Source: Diplonema japonicum (Eukaryota; Protista; Euglenozoa: Diplonemea). From it: 64,000 nt of DNA. The notes beneath the pieces were generated by a model. The model saw nothing but the letters and a program-made list of their open reading frames with translations, made no database searches and was not told where the DNA came from. The stretch spans positions 372,001 to 436,000 of the forward strand of contig OZ025693.1 of NCBI GenBank assembly GCA_964019335.1, read 5' to 3'. Position numbers and translations under genes: made by a program. How positions within the stretch are numbered: position 1 is the stretch's first letter; every line of letters begins with the position of its first letter. Below are positions 1 to 10,369 of the stretch, one piece after another.

Positions 1-139
1 AAAATGGTTGAAAATGAAACAAAAAGGAACAAGAGGGGGGGGGGGGGGGGGAGGAGGAGGAGGTTAACACATTATTTTCTTCTTCTTTCTTTTTTTTCCA
101 CATTGGCTCTATGGGGGGGGGGGGGGTGTTTTGATAATC

Positions 140-2692
140 TTAAGCATCTACATCTAAAGGTGTTTCAGAGTACATAGCGGCAACACAGCGTGTCCCGAGA
201 GTGTGCAAAGTAGTCTGCTCGAAAAGGGAAGGGTTCAAAGCAACATCCACGAAGAAGAGCCCCGAGACAGTGATAAGAAAGGCGAGAAGGGTATAGGTAA
301 TAGCAGCAGCAAGACGTGGGGAAGAGGAGGCCTTAGGCTTCTTCGAAGCCTTGCTGTCACTTGCAGGCACGTCATGCACTCTCATCAGCTGCGCTTCGAG
401 CCCTCTGTTGGTGGACCGAATCCTCTCAGAGAACTTCAAAAACCTATTGACCTCAATATTCCAAGAGGTGACAAGCTGTTCGGCTTGCCACAGCTCCAAT
501 TTGTGACCTTTGCCAGACTTCTTGCCGTCACCCAAGGCAGCTTTTGCTTCATCCAGTTGCGCCCTTAAGCTGCTCTCATTGGCCTCTGCCTCACCTTCTT
601 TCATCTCCTTCATCTCCTTCATGCTATCCTCCCCAAATACTGGTACTGATTGGCTTACATTTTTCACAACCTCCAGCTCCTTCTTCAGGCTGTCTCTCTC
701 TGCCTCCAGCCTGTCGATGAGTCCTTCCATTCTGCTCAGTTCCTCTGCTGCCGTGACTGGTGTTGGTGCTTCCGCGCGTGCTTGTTCACGTTCCTTGTAG
801 AAGTTCGCGTCCAGCAGATTTGCTGTGAGCTCCTCCACTGTCGCCCTCAGTTTTTGTATCTCTTGCTCCGCCTTTTCGTTGCTTATTGCCAGCAGTTCCT
901 TCTCCATTTCTTTGTCCATAATTTGTTTTCTCATTACCTGCAGCTCAGCAGACTCCGCGCCTTGCTGCTGCTGTTTCACCATGCTCTCCTCCATGGCCCG
1001 TAGGCTCATCTCTTCGTGCTGTATCCTCTCTTCTTTCTCAAGTAGTTCCCTATTTCTATGTTGCGTTCTCATCTCTCTCTGCTCCATTTCTTTTTCTTGT
1101 TCCTTCAGCGCTTCGATCTTTGTCTCGAGGTCAGCTGTCCTTTGCGCCGTCTGCTCGTTGCCGATCACGGTTTGCTGTGCCTTCAGCCTGAGATGCTCGA
1201 TGGTGTCCTCCTGTTCTTCACAAACACTGCTCAGTCGTTTGATCTCCCCTTCTAGCTTCCTGTTGCTTTCTTTCATCTCATCGTTAGCGATGGTGCTGTG
1301 CTGCAGTTGTTCTTCCTTTTCTGCTGTCATGTTTTTCTGGTGTGCCAGAACGGATGCTAATTGTGCGGCTTTTGCATGTTCTTCTGACAGCAGTTGCTCC
1401 TTCTTCTCCAAGGCACTTGCCTGGGCGGACAGTGTGGCCTCCATCTCTGCGACACGTCCCTCGTTGCTGACCGTCAGCATTGTAGGCTCGTTCATCTTCT
1501 CGCGCATCGAAGCCACTTCAGCGTCATGGGACACCCTGAGCTCTAGCAGCTGCTTCTTCAGAGCAACGGCATCGTATTCCCACTGTGCTGCTGCCGACGA
1601 AGATTTGGACCCTGCCACCTCGAGCTCTGCTCTCAGCTCGCCGTTTTCGTCAGAGCATCTCTTCAGCGACCCTTGCGACTGCCTCAGTTCCTCCTCCTTC
1701 TCCCCCAGCTCCTGCTGCACGTTGGTAAGCAATCTTGTTATCTCTTTCAGCTTCTTCTCCAATCCAGCTATTTCTTCCCTCTGCACCCCCCCAGGTCCTA
1801 TCTGACGGTCGAGCTCTTGCTTCACTTCCTGTGTGTCAGCCTTGGAGTTCTCCAGCTCACGCTCGCGCTGCTTCATGTTGTCGATGGATTGCTTGAGGGA
1901 GAAGTTAAGGGCGGCTGTGTTGCGCCTCTCCACCTCGAGGTCCCGCGTCAGGGCGTCTATCTCCTCCATGTCCTCCATCTTGCTGGTCCGCAAGGCTGTG
2001 ATGGATTGCTGCAGGTTGTCGAGGGACTTGTTTAGCGACACGTTGTCGTTCTGCAATGACTTGTTCACGTTTTCAAGAAAGCGCAGTCTTTGCTGCAAGT
2101 TGTGCCGCACTTCTGACGGGGACCCGAATCGCGGGCTGATGTTCCCCGCAGCTGGCGACACGGCCCCAGGGGACCCCTGGCCAGGGATGCGGGGTTGGTG
2201 AGCCAACTCCATTTCCAAGGTTTGTAGAGCCGACTCCTTGTCCACAAGCTGCTTTTTCAGGCTGTTGTTGTCTTGTTGCAGATCTGTTTTAACCTTGCGC
2301 AGCTCGCCCAGGACCTGGCCTATTTCACGCACGGAGTCCTCCCTCCCCTTTGTCATCGTCTCCAGTTTGTTAATCCTCTGCATCATGATCTTGTTGGTGC
2401 TGTTGAGCTCTGCCTTCTCACGCACCAGGACATTTTTTTCGTCGTTCGCGGCCGCAAGTGCCCTGTGTGCGGAGTGGATCTCATCACCCAGGACGACGTT
2501 GCGTTGTGCGTGGTCCTCTGCCCACCTTCTGGTATTCACACCGTCCGCTTGCAGCATGCGTTGCTCTACCACAAGAGCTGTGTTGTCTGCTGCTAGTGTG
2601 TCATTCTCTCTCTGTAGCATTGTAGGTGTAGGCGGCATGGGCCGGGCTGGGGACTGCGGCCCCCCCGGCAACACATATCTATTGTAGGACAT
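140..2692 (-). CDS. Long coiled-coil protein with C-terminal transmembrane helix (golgin-like architecture), 850 aa
   Basis: Uninterrupted ORF, E/K/Q/L-rich heptads, hydrophobic segment LAAAITYTLLAFLITVSGLFFV near the C-terminus. Confidence 0.85.
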   Translation of the reverse strand: MSYNRYVLPGGPQSPARPMPPTPTMLQRENDTLAADNTALVVEQRMLQADGVNTRRWAEDHAQRNVVLGDEIHSAHRALAAANDEKNVLVREKAELNSTNKIMMQRINKLETMTKGREDSVREIGQVLGELRKVKTDLQQDNNSLKKQLVDKESALQTLEMELAHQPRIPGQGSPGAVSPAAGNISPRFGSPSEVRHNLQQRLRFLENVNKSLQNDNVSLNKSLDNLQQSITALRTSKMEDMEEIDALTRDLEVERRNTAALNFSLKQSIDNMKQRERELENSKADTQEVKQELDRQIGPGGVQREEIAGLEKKLKEITRLLTNVQQELGEKEEELRQSQGSLKRCSDENGELRAELEVAGSKSSSAAAQWEYDAVALKKQLLELRVSHDAEVASMREKMNEPTMLTVSNEGRVAEMEATLSAQASALEKKEQLLSEEHAKAAQLASVLAHQKNMTAEKEEQLQHSTIANDEMKESNRKLEGEIKRLSSVCEEQEDTIEHLRLKAQQTVIGNEQTAQRTADLETKIEALKEQEKEMEQREMRTQHRNRELLEKEERIQHEEMSLRAMEESMVKQQQQGAESAELQVMRKQIMDKEMEKELLAISNEKAEQEIQKLRATVEELTANLLDANFYKEREQARAEAPTPVTAAEELSRMEGLIDRLEAERDSLKKELEVVKNVSQSVPVFGEDSMKEMKEMKEGEAEANESSLRAQLDEAKAALGDGKKSGKGHKLELWQAEQLVTSWNIEVNRFLKFSERIRSTNRGLEAQLMRVHDVPASDSKASKKPKASSSPRLAAAITYTLLAFLITVSGLFFVDVALNPSLFEQTTLHTLGTRCVAAMYSETPLDVDA

Positions 2693-2770
2693 CCTGTGTG
2701 GCTGTGCTTAGCGGAATGGGAAAAAAAAGAAGAAGAAAAGGGGGAAAGAAAGACACGGAAGTGCCCTGTC

Positions 2771-3766
2771 CTACGAACCATCAATGTGCATGAGGAGTTT
2801 TCGTTTGACAAGCGGGCAGGTGCTGCCCCACTGCTCGTCGTTCATGAGAGCGCAGCTGGGAGGGGTGTAAACGGAACCTGTAGTGCAGGATGGTATGTGG
2901 GATTCAGGTCGGGAAGCTTCCATCTTGGCATTGCGAGCCTTGTTTTTAGCCCGTTTCAGCTGTCGTTGGTGGGAAAGGTAGAGACGCGGGTTAGCAGGAA
3001 GCATGGTGACGGGGGAACGGAGCGGAACAAAGGCCTGCGACTTGTGTATGGTCTCAAAGCGTGTGCACCACAACAAACGGATGTTGAGCTGACAGTCGAT
3101 CTTCCAGTTTAGACACATAGCCTTCACAATGAGATCGGCTACATAATACAAATGGTCAGCTATGCTATTGCATAAATCTTTTATATACTCGAGAACTAAT
3201 GGGGATTGAAGCGGGAAGCTAAGGGAGTTCCGGAGGCCTTCCACCGTCTCTGCTCGCTCAGCGATGCTGAACTTTTTGTCGTTCAACAAGTGCCGGTTTT
3301 CCCTGCGTTCGATGCAACAGTAGTGGGGTTGCCAGCTTGACTGTAGAATGCTGTTGCGGTGCTGGCCCTTCACGCTCGGTTTCGGGGTGATGAATTCCTG
3401 CAGAACTGCATGGCCTGGTATTTTATCGTGTTGTAGAGCATCTCGTAGTTCCTCTGGAGAATAGTACCTCACCTCTGTTTCAGGAGCACCGGACTCAATG
3501 GATGCAACGGTGTACGCGGCGACGTCGGAGTCAGGCCCGCACCCGGTGGAAAGCTTCTCTATTATCTTTGCGCTGCTCATGTGTGTTCGCTTTGCCACCT
3601 TCCCGTTCCTTGTTGAATAGTACCAGTAGTGTGCCTTTGAAAACATGTACACAATCGTGTTCGGGATGTGCAGCTTCAGTTTGCCATATTTCGACGCTTC
3701 CTCCTGTTTCGCCGTTTTCTCTTTCCACAACAGCTCGTACAGCGTTGCAGCAGCTCGGCTGGTCAT
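2771..3766 (-). CDS. Hypothetical protein (conserved-looking, function unknown)
   Basis: Globular-looking ORF. Start placed at ATG 3766 (MTSRAAAT), after an A-run that the ORF track translates as poly-K. Confidence 0.75.
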   Translation of the reverse strand: MTSRAAATLYELLWKEKTAKQEEASKYGKLKLHIPNTIVYMFSKAHYWYYSTRNGKVAKRTHMSSAKIIEKLSTGCGPDSDVAAYTVASIESGAPETEVRYYSPEELRDALQHDKIPGHAVLQEFITPKPSVKGQHRNSILQSSWQPHYCCIERRENRHLLNDKKFSIAERAETVEGLRNSLSFPLQSPLVLEYIKDLCNSIADHLYYVADLIVKAMCLNWKIDCQLNIRLLWCTRFETIHKSQAFVPLRSPVTMLPANPRLYLSHQRQLKRAKNKARNAKMEASRPESHIPSCTTGSVYTPPSCALMNDEQWGSTCPLVKRKLLMHIDGS

Positions 3767-3774
3767 GTGTTTAT

Positions 3775-3812
<38 letters not shown>

Positions 3813-4517
3813 GTTTTCCTTTTTTTTTCCCCCCTCCCTTTGTGCGCAGCAGAGCAGAGAAATGAGTAGGCGGGAGAAGAAAGCAAAATTCTGGAAAGCA
3901 AACAAAGGAAGGGGGGCAAAGTCCGAGAATTTTTTTTTGTCTTGGGAGGAAGAAGAAGAAATAAAAAAGAAAGAGAAAAAAAAAAAAGAAGAAGATCGGG
4001 CTTGCTTTTTTATAATCCCCTTTGGATTCGTACCACTGACGCTAAAAAAGCCTATCCTATAAAAAAGAAAAAGAAAAAAAAGAGATGAGATAAAGGAGGT
4101 TCCTGTTTTGGAACGTCCCCCTTGTCTCTACTTATCTACCCCTTCTAAAAAAAAAAGAGAAAGAGAAAAGAAGAGGATAGGGGTAGAAGAAAAAAAAAGG
4201 AAAGAAGAAGAAAAAAACCGGAAAAAAAAATCAGACGCGAGCACATGTGTAATGTATATGGCAAAGAAAAAGAATTTCACTGCTAGCCACGTTTTTAGAA
4301 GCGGGGGGGGGGGGGGGGCAGTAAGAATTTACCACTTCTGAGCTATGAAGAGTCAGGCCCAAGAGTTCCTGAAGTCTTGATTTGAAAGTAGTCACAGCGG
4401 GTTTGCGGGAAAACATCTTCCTCTGGAAAAAAAAAAATGGGAAAAAAAAAAAAAAAAGAAAAAAAAGAAAACGGATTGTAAAACCCGTGAAAGGTTGTGT
4501 ACAGAAATATATATCCA

Positions 4518-7500
4518 TCATTCTGTAGGTACTGCTAATGGGTGTGCACGCTGGTCTTCTTTGAATTCATATTCCTCTTCTTCTTCTTCTTCTTCCGGCT
4601 TCTCGGTTAATGGGTTATCGGGCGGTGCAACTCGTTTCTTTGTGCACCCCCTCATTCGAAGCCTGTTTCTCCACGCCCGCTGGATAGTGTACACAGCGAA
4701 AACGTCATATAACATGTACTGGGTGCCCATTGTGCCGTGGATAGCCGCGTAGTTTTGCAAAGCTTCAAGGCCTTCTCTTGAAATGTTAAATATGGTACCG
4801 ATGTAGGCGTTTAAGATGTCTTGGTAGAAGACGTACTCGTCGATAACTGGTACGTGAAGCTTTTTGAGAATGTAAAATTTCAATGTCCAGTCGCGGTCTC
4901 CGCCAGACGCGAAGCCCAAGGGTTGCGGAAGCATGTCCAAAATCTCCAAAAAATCGCTGACGGTAATTTTCCCCGTTAATTGCGGGTCGTACTTTGCCCA
5001 GGACACTCTGAGGTCCGACACGAGGTTTAAAGAAGGTGCTTTTACAGACAGCGATTCTTGTTCGCCAAAATTCTCGAGAACAACTGTGATCACCAGGTTC
5101 AGCACTATCATCCCACCCAACACTGTAAAGCAGGGGAAGTAAAGATATGCCCACAACGACCCGCAAGAGTTGTTCTCCTCACAACCCGGGTTTGACGCTG
5201 CAGCATCCCTCATGATCACCGCCCAGTTCTCTGTGGTCGACATAATGTACAAAGTCATGATGGCGTTGCCGAGGTTTTCAAAATTCGTCCATTTTGTAAT
5301 CCCGAGGCCCTTCCCAACACGTCCGAAGGCCTGCACGCCGACCACACCGAAATTGTAATAAACGACTAGCAACAACAGCGAGATGTTCATAAAAGACGGA
5401 AGCGAGAAAAACAGCGTTCCGAAGAGCTTTTCAAGACCCTGCGCTTTTTTTATCAATCGCATGACGCGGCAGATTCTGAGGATGCGAAGGACTTGAATGT
5501 TGCTGTTTCCTAGGAAGAACCCGACGAAAGAAAGCAGCACCAATGAGAAATCGAACTTGTTCCAGGAATCAGTGAAGTACAGCTTGCGCATGACGAATAT
5601 CTTAAGCGCGGCCTCGATCGCGAATAAACCAGCAAACACTGTGTTTGCAACGTACTGCATAAGCGTTTCCTCGTCGGTTTGGTTGTAGTGCCGCGCGCCC
5701 ATGAACGCAACATTCACGACAATGCAAAGTATGATCATCGTCTCGAATTGTTTGCTGAACACCAGCTGCGATAATTTCCGTTTCAACCATGTGTCAAGGT
5801 CGGGCACTCTGACCAACTGAAGCCTCCCAATGACACGGTTATATCGAAGCCATGCTTGCTGGTCTTCAGTAAGAAACGCTGAACCATCTAATTCACCTTT
5901 CAACTCATTGAAACGATCAATGAGAAGCCCGATGAATAAGTTAATCGCGAAAAACGAGCCTGAGGCTACGAATAGTACGAAGTAAATTGCGTTGACGGGG
6001 TTGCTGTCCCTCTCGGGTGCCTCTTCGTGGCTTTTGCTGTCGATTCCCGCGAACATAATATTGGCCCATCCGTCGCCGATTCCCATCTCGAGGAGCGCGA
6101 GCAGCGCGGACCCGATGTTATCGAAATGGAAGGGTTTGTTCACCCACTCCCTTTCCCGTTCCAGATACACGATGTCACCGAACACATCCATCCCCGAGGG
6201 AACGGGTCCGGTTCCATTGCATTCCGATTTCAACAGTATATCAGGTGCGTTGCACGAATAGAAGGCACCCTTGAAGAGCTGAACACCAAGCACGCCGAAT
6301 ATTACAAACACGAAGCCGACCACAAGAACTACATTGCCCATCGCAGGGAGGGCTTGAAAAAGCGCGGATACCACGACCTTAACATTGCGGTTTCTGATGA
6401 GGATTCTCAGCGACCTCGCACACCTCAGCAGCGTGAAGAACGGGATGAAAAGCCCCAACCAGGACATCGCCACGACCGTGAAATCGATTCTGTTCCATTT
6501 AGACACTAAGTAAGGCCTGACGTCCTCTGTCATACCCTCATCAGGCCTGTACGAAGCGGGCAGACTGTCTTTGTAGAGCCCCGTGGCGATGATCTTCATA
6601 GCCGCCTCAATGGTGAATACTATCACGAAGACGATTTCCAGGGCGTTGAGCACATCTTTTAAAGTCGGGTATGAATCGTTCCACGGGGCCTCCAGACCCA
6701 GGGCGAGCACGTTTAAAGAGATCAGTATTAACATAATGGTCTTGAACTGCTTGTGCCACACCACGGTCGTGCAGAGGACACGTATAGGGTTGGTCACCGA
6801 GAAGACTCCCAATGACTTTCCTGCAATTATGCGGACTGGCTTTGCTTCAGATTCCCTTGATTCACTTTTTTCAACCAGCCACTCTGGAAGCTTGTCAGAT
6901 GGAATCGTGTCCATAGTTGAGGCGGCGGAACGGGCTTTGATAGTGCCCCCAAACTGTATTTTTTGTTTGTTGTTTTTCTTTTTTTTTTCTTTTTTGATTT
7001 TTGTGACACAAACTTCATAAGAATCAAGCTCTACATCGTTGAGGAACCCGTTCGTTGCAGTGTCATTTTCCTCTTCGTCCTCGTTCTGTTTTTTTTTTTC
7101 TTTTTTTTCTCTTTTTTTTTTTCCTTTTACCACACCGCAAAGGTATCGATAAGAATCGCGATGAACAAGTTCACGAAGATGTAATTCCCCAGCCAGAACA
7201 GCGTGCAGAAGTAGAGGATGGCGGCGATGGATGTTTCGCGAATGGCGACCTCCATGGTGTGCGTCCACGTCTCGCCGGTGATAACGACGAAAACGGTGAG
7301 CGCGGAGTGCCAGATGTTGTTGAAATTGTTCCTCTCCTCTGGAGGGTAAGCGCTGGAGAAGAACTGAAGGCCTAAAATAGTGTAAATGAAGATGAAGAGC
7401 AGCATGATGAGGCACAGCGAAGACGCAGCCGAGATGGAGTGCAGAACTGTCGCCAGAATCTTCCGCAGCGTGACCCACTTTCTGGCGAGCCGCATAACCC

Positions 7501-9868
7501 GAAGAATCCTAAAGGCACGAAACGCACTCAAGGCCGACCCATTCCCACTCACCATCTCAGGCACAGAAATCACAACCAGTACCGCGTCAAAACAGTTGAA
7601 TCTGTGTTTATGAGATACCGCACAACAAACAGTATACCTGTCGCTGAAGTACTCCTTCAGCCCCAACCCCCAGAGCTTGAACATTAGTTCCGCACAGAAC
7701 ACAAACGAACAAGTGTAGTTCGCCACCGCTAGCCAGTCTTCAAGGCTCTGCTCGATTCCGTGATGGTCCACACACAAGATGAGGACATTTAAAACAGTCA
7801 CAAGCACCAAAGCCTTGTTGAACCATGAACTCGCGATCACCTTTCTGGCCTGTAATCTTAGCCGGCTGTGCAAACTAAGTCCTTGCGTCTGCATCGCCAC
7901 CACCAACACGGCAACCACAGCTGCTTGCGAGGTGGTGGTCAGGACGCAGTAGGTTTCGAACTTCTTTACCGCGACTTTTTTGTGTGTTTGTGTGTTTTTT
8001 TTGGTATTAAAAAAAGGGGAGGGGGTAGATTTATTCGGCCCCCTCACACTTTGTCCGAAAAAAAAAAAAGAAAACTCGGGCTGCGGAGTGCTTGAAATGC
8101 CGAAATCATCCATGGTGAGCTATTGTGTGACCGGGGTTCGAGAAGGGGGGTGTTACCCCTCCATTCCATTCTTTGATTCTTTGAAGGCATACAAGACGCT
8201 ATGCTCGCCCTGTAGCTGGACAGGCACAGAGCGTTGACGCACCATTCCGACTCATCGCTGAAGCGTACCTGTAGTGTTCGCCTTCCGTGGCAGTGTGCCG
8301 CATACCATCAGGAACCCGTCCTTCATGATCTGCACGACAACGCCTACCATGCCTGGGAGGTGGTCCATCTCCCTGCTCCACATCCCCACGCGTTTCAGCT
8401 GGAGCTTGCGAAGCTGGGTCTTGTCAGTGGTCACCCGCACGGTGGTACCCAGCTCGTACAAGTAATTCTTCCCGTCGAAGTAGTTCTTCGGCGAAGGCTT
8501 CACAAAACCTGAAGCGAAGGCGTCACACACGAATGTGAGCCTGTGGTGGTTCTTCCGAACCTCGGTGAGCGAAGGTTTCCCTGCTTGAAATATGGCAAAA
8601 ACAAGCCTGAAGTGTGTGGAATGGCATGTTGCGATGGTAACAGGGTAGATCACTTCCTCCGTCGCCTCGGTGAGCAGGACTCTCTTCTCATTACGACATT
8701 TTTCGGCCTCGGCACCGAACCCTGTTGTGAGGATGGCAAGAACAAGGTTCATGCAGAAAAAGGATCCGAGAAGCGTGACGACAAGGAAGTAGAGGAAGGC
8801 AGCGGTACCCGAAACGTCTTGTGCTCGTTCGAGTTCCAACGGCCAATCGTCAAGAGAGATTATCTTGAAAACGAGGAGCGTCGCGGAAGCCACGTTGTCG
8901 AAGTTGAGAACCTGCGATTTGTAAGACCGTTCATCTACACGGCATTTCTGCGGCAGCTCCACGTTGTTGTCAACATTATTGCACTTCCTCCCCACAGGCC
9001 CCGTAGTGCACAGTCTTGTAACGTTCTTCATCAAAATAAACGCGGGCTCTATGGTAGCGTTGGTAGTGTTAGTTCCGTTTGAGAAGAAGTCCTCATGGTC
9101 CGTGTCGAGAAAACACCGTTGATGCCACTTCCCTGCCCACGCGACAACTCCAGTGATGGAGAACACTGTCATGAACAGAAGAAGTAGCATTATAACATCC
9201 CAGAGTGCAGGGATCGAGTGAACCAACGCAACAAGAATCGATTTGAAGCTCTTAACCCTCGAAATCGATCTCAACGGATGAAGCAGCCGAAGCGATCTCA
9301 CCACTGAAACATTACCAACAGCAGGATGCAAACCAACATAAGACACAATGACGATGAACAGATCAAGGCGGTTCCAAGATCCACGTAGGTACGCGTGTCT
9401 GTGGTTTACAAACCCGCACGCCATTATTTTCAAAGCGGCTTCGAGAGTGAACAGACCGAGGAAGATATCGAAAATGGGCGTGGTAATTGATATAAATTGT
9501 TTATCGCTTCCAATAGAGGGTTCCGAGTCGAGAGCAATGAGAATAGAGTTCACCATAATTACGAAAAGAATCGCGCAACTGAACGATGGAGAGTCAACAA
9601 TGTGTATGAGGTGCTTTCGGAAGGAACCCCGACTGCTGATGATACCGAGGGGGTTGTTGTTGATGTTGTAAATGTTACGCGTTTCGCCCCATATTTGCCG
9701 CGCGAGCCACCATTCCACATCGCCCAGGCCGTGGAAGGCGTTGCAGCAGTTTCCATAGTCCGGCACAGAGTCCTCATAAAGATGGTCGATCAAGTCAGGA
9801 GAAAGCTGCAAGTCGTTGTCACTGGGTATATTATTTGCGACCAGCCTGCGTGCTCTGACATTAAACAT
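4518..9868 (-). CDS. Four-domain voltage-gated Ca2+/Na+ channel alpha subunit (spliced)
   Basis: Four 6-TM repeats with S4 motifs (RSLRLLHPLRSISR, RAFRILRVMRLARK, LRCARSLRILIR, RILRICRVMRLIKK), pore loops SLDDW/TGETW/IGDGW/TTENW, EF-hand-like WAKYDPQLTGKI, IQ motif IQRAWR. The ORF pieces join through GT-AG introns 8269-8305, about 7975-8156 (donor uncertain), 7602-7637, 7086-7135 and 6954-7013. Confidence 0.92.
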
Positions 9869-10369
9869 TTGGTCATTTCATAGATTGGCACGGGCCCCTA
9901 TTTTTTTTTTTTTTTTCCCTTTTTTTTTCTTGTTAGTGGTAAAAAAAAAAAAAAGACTTTTTTTTTCTATAAACGGGGTGGAGAACGAAAGAGAAAGCGG
10001 GGGGAGAGAGTGGGGGGGGGGGGGGGGGGGAGTTAAACAAAAAAAGATTGTATGGGGAAGGGGAATGACAAAAAAGAAATGGGACAGAAAAAAAAGGGGT
10101 ATCAATGGGGGGGGGGGGGGACTTCTAAGGAGAGGGGAGGAGAGAAAATCTTTTTTTTTGATGTCTTTTTTTTTTTAATCCACAATCCTAATCAAAGAAA
10201 AAGTTTATTTTTCGTTTTCCTTTTTTTTTTTATTCTCAATTTTTTTTTCCCCCAGGGAATATACTATACTTTACATAGGGGGGGGGGGGGGGGAAGAATA
10301 GCAACAAAAAACTGCTTTTTGCCTTTATTATTTTTTTTTTTTTTTTTACTTTATTTTTTTCCCCCATCA

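Noticed and set aside
203-2687. Many plus-strand ORFs (for example 825-1805, and similar ones elsewhere such as 12968-13585)
   Set aside because: Antisense shadows of E/K/Q-rich minus-strand genes, with S/F/C-rich composition and no motifs.
3767-3919. Poly-K or poly-F N-terminal extensions in the ORF track (also 14176-14319, 18952-19128, 45417-45557)
   Set aside because: Translations of intergenic homopolymer tracts. A downstream ATG fits better.
4330-4420. Short GC-balanced island that could be a small exon (MFSRKPAV..)
   Set aside because: No convincing multi-exon model or motif could be built.
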